A stretch of DNA of 64,000 nucleotides from a virus. Of this stretch, positions 27,001 to 31,243 are shown piece after piece (within the stretch, counting starts at the first letter, position 1; each line of letters begins with the position of its first letter). The DNA lies in the IMG/VR virus record IMGVR_UViG_3300030104_002385, positions 1 to 64,000 of that record; one strand, written 5' to 3'. Under the pieces are notes generated by a model that worked only from the letters and a program-made list of their open reading frames with translations, was not told the origin of the DNA and did no database searches. The translations under genes and the position numbers were made by a program.

Positions 27001-29977
27001 TCATTACTATAACAATCCAGCAAATGTTAAAACACTTGCAACTGCTAGATTGATTACTTCTAATATTAGTGGTCAAATTTCTGGAGTTAACTTATTTGCA
27101 AATCCAGAAGCATTCACTCTTGATTGGTCTGGTAATAAGATGTTTATTACTGAAGATGCTATCACATCACCAGATGCAACTCCTACTGCCGAAAAGATTG
27201 TATCTACCGCAGATAATGATCTACACTCAATCATTAGAAATTATACTTTAAGTTCTTCTGATACATGGGATGATGGTGTTATTAAGTTTGACGATACTAA
27301 TAATAAGTTTGACGAAGGTTCTCTTACTAACCAGTCAACTCAAACATATACATGGTCAGTATTCATTAAGGCGGGTGAACTTAATAGATGTCGTATACAA
27401 CTAGATTTAGATGAAGGTCAGTCTGGTGTTCAAAGAGTATTCTTTGATCTTAACTTGACTAATGGAGTTATTGGATCTCTATTCACACCTCAAGGTGGTG
27501 TTACAGGAGACGCATATGGAGTTGTTCCTTACGGTGATGGTTGGTATAGAGCATATATCACCGCTACATTCTCGTTTGGTTTCTCAGCTTTACAAGCAGA
27601 AATTATCATTAACGACACTAACAATGCTCAAATATATGCAGGTAATAATAGTAATGGTGCTTATGTTTGGGGTGCAAAACTCAATAAAGGTGCATTAGAT
27701 CCTTATACATCTGTAGATGGTAAGGTATTCTTTGCTGATGCAGAATTTAATATTAAGAACTACGCACTAGATCGTCTTGAAGAATATACTCTTCAGGCAC
27801 TAGATGATACTTTAACCTCACCTGGTCCAAGTTCTACGTTCCTTAAGTTCTTTAGTATACCAGCAGCTGCCGAGTATGATAAGAGATCTGTTAGTGGTAT
27901 TGTAAGATCTAATTTAAATCTTTTACGTGAGCAATTAAAGCAAGATACTTATTACACAGGAATAGCACAAGTCAATGGACTTAGTATCCCAACATTAACC
28001 TATGGTACACGTTCCATTCCTGCTGGTGTTGGTGGTGGACTCCAATCTGCAGACTTCTTATATGGTTTAACTAGTGATGCTTATGCAGAACTAGAAGATA
28101 TTACCATGAACGAGGGTAGGGTAGTACAAGCATACCAAAGATTTAGAATTGATGGTGATATTACCGATGGTCCGTTCAGTATGAATGAGGTAGTCACTAA
28201 ACAAGGTGCTCCATCTATTACTGGTGTTGTTTACGGATTCCATCAGGATGAAAACTACAAGTACTTAGATGTACGTGTAACTGCTGGTCCTTGGGCAATT
28301 ACAGACACACTTGTTGGTGCTACAAACTCAACAACTGCTCAAATTAGTGCAATAGAAAGTAGAATTCAAATTATTGATCTTAAGGGTTCATTCGTTAATG
28401 ATATCCCATTCAAAGGATATACAAGTGGTGCTACTGCAACTCCTACAGGATTTATTAAGACTGATGCTGCTGTACTTACAAATACTGGTGGTACATTGAC
28501 AGTTGATACTGAAACATTAAATGGAACATTTGAAACCACGTGTGTTGTTTATCCTGAAAATTCTAGACAGTATATCGAAGTTTCTAAATTTGCTGGTCTT
28601 GATATTGGTATTGGTAGTAGAATTGCTTCTACTGGATACACTAGATTACAAATTGCTATTGTTAGTGGATTGAATAACTTTACTGTTGGAAATAAGATTT
28701 ATAAGGTAAATGCTGGTATTCAAGATACAAACACATTTGGTTATATAACTGAATTGGATCTTGATAATAATTACATATACGTGACTGAATACGCTGGATC
28801 ATTTGCTCTAGGTGACTTCATTGGTGATTATGGACTTGAATCAAATCCAATTGGTTACGCAACTGTAAGTACAAGGGTTGTGACACCTGGTGCTGCTGCA
28901 GCACAAGTACAAGATATTAGAGTTAGTGGTGTTAATAAGAGATTATATCTTTCAGACATAGTTGGAACATTTGATCTTAAGGATGCAATTGTTGGACCTG
29001 AAAGTTACGAGTCAATCATATTGACTAAGGTTGATCTCAAGGCACGTGTGAAGAGAGCATTTAAAGGATTTGATGGTACTACAACATCATTCAAGTTAAC
29101 ACAACAGAATGGTACTTCATACCTTCCAGATCCTGCTGGACACCTATTGGTATTCGTTAATGGTATTCTGCAACCTCCAGGTGCTGCAAACGCATATACA
29201 GCGTTCTCAGACACTATACAGTTTACAGAAGCACCAGATCTAGGAGCATCATTTACAGGGTTCTACGTAGGTAAGTTGAGACAGTTGGATGATATATCCT
29301 TCGAGTTCGACTCCTTACGTCAGTCATTCAACCTTAAACGTAATGATGTATTCTACTCACTAACACTAACAGAAGGTGTTCAATCTTCTACCATACGTCC
29401 AGAAAACAATATTCTTGTTTCGCTTAACGGTGTTCTTCAGGAACCTGGAATTGGTTTTGAAATTGTTGGTTCTAGAATTATCTTCTCTGAAATTCCTCGT
29501 GTGGGATCGACATTCGTTGCCTTCTCCTACGTTGGTTCTGAGGCAGACGTTGATGCTGCTGAGGTTGTACCTCCAGTCGAACCAGGTGACTTTATTGACA
29601 TCCAAGGTGAGACAGACTCCAGAGAAGTTGCTGTTATTGAATCATCAAACTCCTTAATCACCTTCGACTATCTTGGATCAGTCTTTGGTAAGGATGCTCA
29701 AGGATCAGCAGCAATAACCCAAGGGTTCATAGATACAGTCCAAGTTACTGCTGGTGGATCTGGATATACTTCTAGACCAACAGTAAGAATTGACTCGATC
29801 TCTGGTTTTGAGGGTTCTATCAAGGCACTAGTTGGTGTCGGTGGTGTTGAAATAAGTAATCCTGGATCTGGATATGAAACTCCAGGTATCGCAGTTGAAA
29901 CCTCAGTCCCTGACGATTGGACTGCTCCTGACTTAAGTGCTTATGGAGAAGAATTCGTCGATCCTGAAATAGGATAA
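6053..29977 (+). CDS. gp7: Giant baseplate wedge initiator (gp7-like), 7974 aa. Multi-domain: GxGY repeats, YHYH-like domain, probable beta-propeller, two LamG-like domains, helical repeats, 19 His/Cys/YPR domains
   Basis: Follows gp6. N-terminal PEFI...FVEYYY...YLDID and IKDFYSSKGT..LFKLLYGE, and internal KIQDSYYYQDFSYAVKS..W...VHPASFKVFG, match cyanophage gp7-type proteins. Uninterrupted ORF with consistent codon bias. Confidence 0.85.
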   Translation: MTNINKVSQAINAQTPEFIRSDYKLFNKFVEYYYRSQEKTGLGQNLLNNFLQYLDIDKLDISILDGATKVVEDVKATDETIVVETIDAFLEKNGSVMIGDEVIYYEKTTSAPNIALSPGISYDQVKLKWTGLANPLKSFDGTTTSFPLTSQNNPVAPPSAQHLIVSVYGETLIPNTDYTVSGTNIVFTTAPRLKLASDGESFTYITYLSGFVENTIVGTDNISNTFGDSKKQFTLTRNGVRYAPEITEYVIAVYDNKLLIPKVDFFLDDDQFIFKTAPLNGRALSVYAIEAPIPSFGSNAVGYSRVDDTGNITSIAINANGTGYRYEYPPKVSINSDTGSGASATALVNGIKSVALLDGGKGYSDTNPPTVVIQTPTKTGSSVASVKATVTNGEVSGLEVTNSGSGYTFTPRLTFLQPGGAILGAPTISSGQITGTVPITTAGQGYTTVPTIYVDEPTGSNPIKANLRAVLTDGKVTGVTILNAGQGYETVPRIAIIDPVGAQILQTSVDGDGRVINIEILSGGGGYEDTPSVYIVDDRVNDLGVYIGGTGATATASIFNGQIIDINITNFGTGYSAVTPPQIIIQSPPSAEASATIGLNEVTGFTVNQAGSGYTKAQFEGCARAASAIKEYTEDGNAVFSNNTVASAATKETTVKCLDAVFVKRLLDKYTEQFLPDVPSLDYTKIDVRNSIKTIKDFYSSKGTSYSIAYLFKLLYGETVSISYPKDQIIKPSDATWSIDTILRATLVSGNPDNIRDGLLTQDADIADTNVLAASALIENFISIKTSETEIFELVLSEETIVGKFTVPYKTRLAEPLTATAGIITVDSTIGWPERNGEFVIGTGATAEVVQYKEKSLNQFIECTRSVNGVVEDWDSATGIASNFTVYVNKGTSQEVVMNIVGIVDAEQTTLTDTGSYYLPGDKLTVSKLGGTGEGADLKTWLYNVKKLVTVTSITYGGVNNQSATVTCANAHGLLVGDQVTVYGANPIIYNGSFFVTSRDTANVFQYQLPQPATVVPQGNILVSVDLNKGKSDNTAILNVIGPYTTNVQNTFFNDTHVYVASTGIPNYEIGPFPGSALLPGNQRKLNRFPKTSQTISTKNLISSNVPVGTWVNGVSIWSYKSKLTKTFGALTAISITTAGKEYDAASPPAMTIDGGGGSGATASVTVDGSISEITVTAGGSGYTSSPLVSIVGGNGAGAAATAIITKGVVSRILINDGGSGYTSQPQITIVGGGGSGATATASVRGPIKTVAITSGGASYTSVPTVSLSSGSGAVAQAIVNDGRIISIAIISAGSGYTTAPEVTIQGVGFGAIARATIDTDGENAGRVTNIEIINKGINYVQGTTLINLTSIGSEATFTPSVFQWTYNLQATSTFDAAKGAVFEGYNNEYGGEYAHLSNPQKLRYILGDNLFQNTDGAIKEQETQLAHSPIIGWAFDGNPIYGPYGYTDPTDQTSTITKLNTSYRLKTNLVFDATNNPFPSRTAGPLITDEASGNFVEDYEYVFGLGDLDQYNGRFCKTPDFPDGRYVYFVTIDATEDGNPLFPYVIGPSYNSVVDTWNLTPNAIQQNIPTGVVRYRDPYENVDIDVERTPNAASNALTMENGDILLFDAEDDNRDGVIESDEVPRQMFEESPLQLFDYFPKVKFDSKVDIEVETTTKFEDASVTGFTVENPGKNYQVDDRLVFDNTDTDGSGVSARVSRIKGETVSAYTFENISGFNFGVLQTSIPHNIVAGDQVFVDYTPIMANTNKTFIVRQFKGIEQIVIDQTGSGYNTDIPPSVIIDGDGSSGELEATVSSVGSIDTINIINSGSGYTKNPRVILTHPQIFKKADYYISKISNNSYVKINDVHVADNKESYLCGMTKDASGNQVAFIAKVSATGVKQWERTLESNTGQNYTEFQKIFVDGNSIWVVGGNKPNGNMLSAYNPDIILAKYTQAENGLSAALTFQKGYAGISGSTRADYVTSLKKYSDTRFIIAGYTNTNSGAPFDAWIASIDTTGNFAIKRKLATTNASEKITDLIVNGTDIYLCMEVATTSTEGDVNPAIAKITLGVNAFTVDWIKQYTNVLYSTLDTSICIDEFNEIYLTSTLRLKSDDTTRDSFWVGKVDSTGDLLWNYRYVTPGRDISLAKKSVIDIFGDLNIAFTRTNNTNTFKTVDSVKIGYDGKLKNHSTNSFTNDNVEGLTVHSLDVDNSGDIHLYGQTNYNRNEFIFDFASNATTDVTGHYTLNTTSATNSITVAGNLAKIYGYNPAGLNSSWVNSYFDISSSALGTKLANDWTLEFFIHRVSSESQTLSQTNQTLFGIGGAQDATGGLWLGYDMSSGKLQFAATNNSTALSGATPVESTQTNMFANNSWQVIGVKKEGNDFKVYVNGIQVITGIISNTALGAKTLYFGNQVGWGTGAGDFKKERQGQFYIDNIRLRNGAVVPTVPNDIQNLPPTDTFALSYSWNDTSWFTTNLNRYDYIDYVGWGLKVDKDADAARIGTQSTQTNTQIGFTRTAVSPVTGSVLTVTTTGISLASAGLQSLDYDDATITLLQDTETLTYTQDTWSSRTATVPSPGSQKLKVSAVVKDRYFFKVTNTIKIDNIQELTVNQAFNFTVGAKLRLNNDSGTFVNSGYIIKTDTVNNKVYLAVNNNAWTDDLNTGKLVTEQFNEQSTYGIVGPIPNDTNIIQNYVFSMVNNTTPGTFDIDLDDYNLDGTGYNAGGGQNLDGFAKFKPFLVADYSVKIEEVAGGSPFIVGSVVNIAASNISFNATYTTAQVTGLTAVTKITLTANLNKTLQVTAVANTNEVYVITATSHYLNKGEILYVDGNPSQTVGGTVYDEYDGAFAVDTIVSPLEFTYKLPTIAITDPATSAGTVSIFVKSPTLKMYYGHQYLFDLSHSSLVGGNLSFSKDNLYKLEYSFNSIERIGIPGVTGGGQPSPSVKLKIDDTIVTNISYYFDPSRTGDNSPVVAGSYLDVVESPYKGTFDITSTSGQTITSGPDTFKFLLANEPEGNASISQTSYSTSSVKAVGSINAIRIVNPGGFYTKLPVVTGISSTRKIERATIEEPGTEYAVGTYNGVPITGDGEGGLVQITVADGLDDDGITIPGQINAVVITSAGKGYTTASIDIDSVAGILGSGLTGSGAKVNVIIPPFGTEASIFTKGDKVGKIKKLKNNNFGYDYPHDYTLRPEITFPLNAQLTSTSILSSITVTNPGSGYSLAPAVIITGGGGSGATAESSIKNGRLDNIVVKDPGAGYSSTPTISLRSSFNYVVNLDLGLLQFAYPHGIVNGAAVSVAVTDTGDGADFPLAAGAIGRLNATTTYYAIAGATNSLEGDQLKLAITASNAALGDAISFVNAGEGRQSVLTESFGGAAEANVITSTFLEGELVYQGDTLDVATATGYVSTNSGWQIGPRILKIVDYTGTFANGQKITGVISKSSGTISDLKVARGVLEIGSITKTTGQFIDDVGKPSEIIQKIQDSYYYQDFSYAVKSAVSISDWKEILIRNVHPASFKVFGELNLNEYGQIPNKDTFFQLTKSVELAQEAIVPNIQNFALVEPIYTEFNNTEVLFRQKRLTSSENILTSVVQRIDDISNLFDGQKIAFPLTVNGNNVVANANQLMIVLNGVVQNPETSFNIQSDSIVFSEPPSPPASVKYANITVSQIQTVAFEFTNISGIFPNIGNPLVGSSTNARLIVTNVTGNTVSGYITEGTFVIGELVSVGATGFSALLASNTAVSNIGLFTFGENVTNLTGDIAKVEQINLATGQETPAAQLRYAVGPSTTSIEVIPYGGASLSPVTAGTFVATQNYQFGSEIFLVNSITDNADSTTLGVSRGQVGTQAVAQQENTPVYSTVIAVTNALTLSKTAGTYKSTPGLFDIQLNDIIIGSNSGVVASVASTSAYQDPTTNEFIGQVNISPGSSFFGLLFNRITSSSYPNVVLDNISQSQVNVVDFTDNLTAFDSKFPANELINNYVIPYDNAVGSIVQDEYVRNYRINYGNNVGDFTSSEDGRVRKLSFYDKQGTGFFNNGQIIRTRDTKAEVIGYSQARDIVYLGKIGRTQSNGEDYYKFTFSEDAKLDTTQKKFGLTSLELAAADYISTPSTTEIAFGSGVFTVDLWIRPATASLSGNVDIFDTRSSGATEVAGRLYLATGQPRWHVNGSDLVTTSTTLTADTWVHIAIVRVSTTTKIYINGTEAGTATDNSSYIAKPIRIGADYAGANGFTGHVDELRISNTSRYTTAFTAPNGIYQGDANTKLLLHFEGIDGGVHVEDWSGVESFTAGEYFNNDSIIDTVRKVAGKHTWAGGTANNAIRITGGVEKDVTDATYNPNTGDLVLTIGSHSYTTSNTITIKPNSLTFTCAKDNNATNHTYPRVTDPAYGATLAISAETATTITVNVGIANRGFVGNTQRYINAGDLITSNLDFIAKEVVYLINQKFPNFTVIGGNVNCEDDVRDVCKAIVFDIQNGSNSKIWDAASYYVNRADVNNVQLLNVEKEIIETVWAYGKLDEILDFIVTNSLWDVQGDHGLTQKTDTSITDSTTSSFTEITPTNVVYSAATGDLKITKSSHGFVGPSALTATGATYNPATGILEITSNSHGLLNGDKVQLEDDSLTFTCSMDENRSTHTYPRSSDHASQGWLSVQNKQTNTFQLDVGKTPNVGFQPSAATYDAESGLLTMDIGEHRLRAGTNVKLAKESLSFTCDMDDDFTTKKYPRTTDPVYNDSIPILYEGSRHTITFATYTPSSGKMVLTCGKQFSVTDAAYVPTTGVMTLTVPNHGLTVNDQIKIVNNSIVFTCAMDDHTTDHSYPRSTDPQSDKRLSLSNITTNTFDVNVGTTPAVNFTPGAGTTYNPATGDLVLAIGTHSLSVGDGIRIADNSLTFTCNYNGDGNSTQKTYPRSSGENGTAGGASNNTGTPDPAYQTSVYITGTTSTTITVNVGTSSDTSTHVFVTANSNAIVTGGDYAHIFQYAVPNGITYDNHRFENGDKVRLLDNSLTFTCQLDGNDTDHAYPRVGKDPYAGRQFKIANKTDKTFEINVGISPDKSTHTFKSAYPGGLIHVDNTVTLDVGKSPKLVHDISNAVYTPADGNMVLTLGTHDLVVGDNIKLLNEAVTFTCDQDSDVSEHAYPRTTIDTHQATTGTSYNPTTGIMSITTTSAHGMRNGDWVKFDDDSLTFNCNFDGYQTNKTYPRSTDPVSGKWIQVSNVASTTFDVQVLDVIPSTNLDPHIFVSGTATGIKQKRDKTFDTSVSITAVGTSNKTASGGAYNPETGVLTITSSSHGLTGASEHTVTNSTYTPSTGVLTLTIAGHGFTNGDRIRIKDDSITFTCSKDYDATIHTYPRSTDPVSNKFLHIVNVTTNTFDVNVGKSQDLSSHTFISATSNGIERAVASVKLDADSITFSCDMGGGAVNKTYPRTTDPIANQWVPITNSQTNSFDIFVGKTVFGNTAHSYQSATSNGIKVQDGTVTINVGISSNTTTHAFVEAKKGALIVGGVYTHTFVPQAAYSVTDASYNPTSGVMELTINGHGFENGDFIQIANESLTFSCGFNGASGTAAQKAYPRATDFSSGKWLEISNVATNTFDVQVLETAPSTNTDTHTFVSATSGGVVRSALKTGGAYTHTFKSAIANGIKKQGQAITIKPEGLTLKCNIDDNATKHIYPRKTDPAYNSALAITKYDTNTFTVNVGKSLANEENTPYTPTAATYDPSNGNMVLTLGKHTLTTSDSVLIEDESLKFSCTMDNNQSPKAYPRSLHDTRASGRPVAITAVGTTSHTITAADYNPVIGELLLTVANHGLSEGDMVKFDVNAIRFTCAKDSNATNHDYPRSTDPVADKWIEVRNVTTTQFRVNVGVSSDTSQHQFVSAVSGALKSQTGTVTVNVGSAGTNAQFTPSAATYDAETGNMTLTIGQHGMKKGSSVTIANAGLTFNCTMNGGSSNKQYPRSTDPYGNLKSIPVTHIGHTHHTITNATYSPGIGKLTITIPSHGFSNGDYVQIVDNSITFRCELDGNTTDHAYPRTGFDRASGGWFAVAGAATDTFDINVGVSSDTSTHVFKSATTKGLRKQSGVITVNVGASPIKGYDVSNAVFTPSTGVLVLTIGEHSLTSGTSLKIANNSLVFRCDADGQASDHSYPRANGQSGATADDPAYNDAVEIVSVTSNTVTLNVGTSSNTTTHAFQSTNNTYTASTAAYNPTTGVMTITSNGHGMINGEHIKIADNSLTFTCAQDSNATNHSYPRPTDPVSNRWLTISNVQTNTFDVQVLDQVPSTNLTAHTFVSATANGITRAVLSTGGAYTHTFVTAASNAVSYTPQSTHTFVSADPGSIKKISTTHTFVSSITNSIKLLNHNTADCTDVQTNIENLINILTDTLNAANLATPVDHLGAVTRSKPDYEFLGGKVGTYYEVPFPVSYHNSTDDQIYANQIDLDTQYRFRDAANLIRVNLGPIIDKASADMLSRYPDLALDMPRNANGTSTDGTLRCKTDLILIAEEIIKDIEDGGNLNSVNVAKQYLGTNDVLVHIRLQVFQSAYAHERLGFYMKQAIIGNLSGTNTDKIIVGDWDITQDPTTGTFTPTGATYDYTTGDLVLTIGSHTLAVGRMIQLAENGLTFSCNTGSGAVNKTYPRSIGANTATGADYAYNTNLAITSKTATTITVNVNGGQGPISNANTHTFVSATTNSVIVPGDCANVQDAIDTLVNTINDIIAPTEEAFGVAADRLYFNRDYIAEEITNRVTAEFTYTLNGINYSAFTYPGATGEATCRRDLKLIIVSMISDLQTGGNNSTVAAIEKYLTSTLSISYVEKELLPTLYAIEQLKELGDYAIRNRLFNVGHTTVGDQYAAQFTSQSAFQDSFNPPNILHVTTRFNELVDFALNILAPSRKTGRGAAKNILYNRNYYKQEITNLVNSQFGSGTWTYDTFLDEVVDDLVHDTIVTNTLDNQLGRSITIENVIGVFVKGETVRSNNNGTAIVLEFVADTNLLIVGTFTGSMWKGVDLIEGSVSGAVADISVGGVSDDYHYYNNPANVKTLATARLITSNISGQISGVNLFANPEAFTLDWSGNKMFITEDAITSPDATPTAEKIVSTADNDLHSIIRNYTLSSSDTWDDGVIKFDDTNNKFDEGSLTNQSTQTYTWSVFIKAGELNRCRIQLDLDEGQSGVQRVFFDLNLTNGVIGSLFTPQGGVTGDAYGVVPYGDGWYRAYITATFSFGFSALQAEIIINDTNNAQIYAGNNSNGAYVWGAKLNKGALDPYTSVDGKVFFADAEFNIKNYALDRLEEYTLQALDDTLTSPGPSSTFLKFFSIPAAAEYDKRSVSGIVRSNLNLLREQLKQDTYYTGIAQVNGLSIPTLTYGTRSIPAGVGGGLQSADFLYGLTSDAYAELEDITMNEGRVVQAYQRFRIDGDITDGPFSMNEVVTKQGAPSITGVVYGFHQDENYKYLDVRVTAGPWAITDTLVGATNSTTAQISAIESRIQIIDLKGSFVNDIPFKGYTSGATATPTGFIKTDAAVLTNTGGTLTVDTETLNGTFETTCVVYPENSRQYIEVSKFAGLDIGIGSRIASTGYTRLQIAIVSGLNNFTVGNKIYKVNAGIQDTNTFGYITELDLDNNYIYVTEYAGSFALGDFIGDYGLESNPIGYATVSTRVVTPGAAAAQVQDIRVSGVNKRLYLSDIVGTFDLKDAIVGPESYESIILTKVDLKARVKRAFKGFDGTTTSFKLTQQNGTSYLPDPAGHLLVFVNGILQPPGAANAYTAFSDTIQFTEAPDLGASFTGFYVGKLRQLDDISFEFDSLRQSFNLKRNDVFYSLTLTEGVQSSTIRPENNILVSLNGVLQEPGIGFEIVGSRIIFSEIPRVGSTFVAFSYVGSEADVDAAEVVPPVEPGDFIDIQGETDSREVAVIESSNSLITFDYLGSVFGKDAQGSAAITQGFIDTVQVTAGGSGYTSRPTVRIDSISGFEGSIKALVGVGGVEISNPGSGYETPGIAVETSVPDDWTAPDLSAYGEEFVDPEIG
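6950..7895 (+). repeat. Array of ~35-aa GxGY-xxxP-V-I...A-A-A repeats in gp7
   Basis: Repeated NGTGY, GGKGY, SGSGY, AGQGY, GGGGY, FGTGY units; further arrays at ~9430-10090, ~15070-15780 and in the 31244 and gp8 genes. Confidence 0.85.
12760..13330 (+). other. LamG/concanavalin-A-like domain 1 within gp7
   Basis: DWTLEFFI ... WQVIGVKKEGNDFKVYVNG ... FYIDNIRL pattern. Confidence 0.75.
18200..18775 (+). other. LamG/concanavalin-A-like domain 2 within gp7
   Basis: FGSGVFTVDLWIRP ... WVHIAIVR...KIYING ... FTGHVDELRISNTSRY ... NTKLLLHFEG. Confidence 0.85.
18884..26005 (+). repeat. 19 copies of a ~90-110-aa domain (YxPxTG-L-LT-H / GD-I-I-SLTFxC-x-YPR / TDP-TNTF-VNVG / HTFVSA), 17 of them mutually nested
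   Basis: 19 occurrences of (F/L)xC-x10-14-YPR counted in the translation, each matched to an opening Y-x-x-x-x-G...H segment and a closing H-x-F segment. Confidence 0.9.
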
Positions 29978-29986
29978 TCAAACACT

Positions 29987-29994
29987 AATAAATA
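29987..29994 (+). promoter_or_regulatory. T4-type late promoter (AATAAATA)
   Basis: Intergenic, 19 nt before the ATG at 30014. Confidence 0.75.
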
Positions 29995-30013
29995 ACTAAA
30001 AAAGTAGCGAGTA

Positions 30014-31240
30014 ATGGCTAAACAATCTCTAGGTCTTGGTACTGCAGCAAACGACAATACAGGGGATACTCTGAGAGTTGGTGGTGACAAGATAAATGAT
30101 AACTTTAATGAGATTTACAGTGCTATTGGTAACGGTACAACATTAACCCTCAGCGTTACTAACCCTGCTGTTGGTCAGGTGTTGCGTTATAATGGTTCTA
30201 GTTTTCTCCCGTCGGATTATTCCAATTTAACATCAGCTTTAGATGTTAATGGAAATTCCATTATTTCTAGTACCAATGGCAATATAGTAATTGCTCCTAA
30301 TGGGACTGGAGATGTAACAATATCTAATGGTGGTGTTACTAACACATTTGAAGGTAGTGATGGAACAATAGATTTACCAACAAAGGTAAAGTATAAGAAT
30401 GAGTATGCTAGTGTTGGTGCAGCTCCTGCTGCAGCGACATACACGGGATATTTCTTTACTGTAGATGGTGATGACAATCCATATGTAAACATTAATATTA
30501 CTGCTGGCGGTGCTGGTGATGTTAGGGCAAAGGTTGCAACAGAATATTCTAGTGTTGATCTTTTATCAGACGTTGATACTACAACGGCTGCTCCTACTAA
30601 TAACCAAGTTTTGAAATGGGATTCTACTGCTAGTAAGTGGAAACCTGGAGATGATTCTGCTGGTATTTCTTCTATTAACCTTTGGTCATCTATTGTAGGT
30701 GATACTGGTACAACAACAGCAAATAGTCAGACAGACACATTAACTATTGCAGGTGGCACAAATATAACTACTGCAATTTCTGGAGATACTTGTACAATCA
30801 ACTTCTCTGGAACTTTAACAACTACACTTGCTGCTTTAACAGATACTGATACTTCTAGTGTAGTACAAGGTGATTCATTATTCTATAATGGAACTGGTTG
30901 GATTGTAACTAGAAGTCCAATTATATGGTGGGAAGTAAATGCAAGTGGTTCATCTGATTATACTATCAATGGACCTGGTTTTGCATCTCCTCAAAGTGAT
31001 CCTACTTTGTATGTTCAAAGAGGATTTACTTATGCATTTGACAATACTATACAATCTACTGCACATCCTTTTAGAATACAAAGTACTCAAGGATTGAGTG
31101 GTACTCCATATACAGATGGTCAATCTGGTAGTGGAACTGCGGTTCTTTATTGGACTGTACCTATGAATGCTCCAAGCACACTTTACTATCAATGTACAAT
31201 CCATGCTGCGATGCAAGGACAAATTAACGTTGTGAGTTAA
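30014..31240 (+). CDS. Baseplate/tail-fibre connector with gp9/gp10-type N-terminus and a C-terminal cupredoxin-like domain
   Basis: MAKQSLGLGTAANDNTGDTLRVGGDKINDNFNEIY is the gp9/gp10 N-terminal signature; the C-terminus has HPFRI...LYYQCTIHAAMQGQI. Confidence 0.8.
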   Translation: MAKQSLGLGTAANDNTGDTLRVGGDKINDNFNEIYSAIGNGTTLTLSVTNPAVGQVLRYNGSSFLPSDYSNLTSALDVNGNSIISSTNGNIVIAPNGTGDVTISNGGVTNTFEGSDGTIDLPTKVKYKNEYASVGAAPAAATYTGYFFTVDGDDNPYVNINITAGGAGDVRAKVATEYSSVDLLSDVDTTTAAPTNNQVLKWDSTASKWKPGDDSAGISSINLWSSIVGDTGTTTANSQTDTLTIAGGTNITTAISGDTCTINFSGTLTTTLAALTDTDTSSVVQGDSLFYNGTGWIVTRSPIIWWEVNASGSSDYTINGPGFASPQSDPTLYVQRGFTYAFDNTIQSTAHPFRIQSTQGLSGTPYTDGQSGSGTAVLYWTVPMNAPSTLYYQCTIHAAMQGQINVVS

Positions 31241-31243
31241 TAA

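Noticed and set aside
6255-29657. Many 60-106-aa ORFs in alternative frames or on the minus strand inside gp7
   Set aside because: They are shadows of the strong T-ending codon bias (Leu/Val/Met-rich +1 frames, stop-poor antisense frames), with no recognisable motifs.
30990-31240. Plastocyanin (petE) gene
   Set aside because: The copper-type motif is a C-terminal domain of a structural protein with no signal peptide, and its loop spacing differs from plastocyanin.
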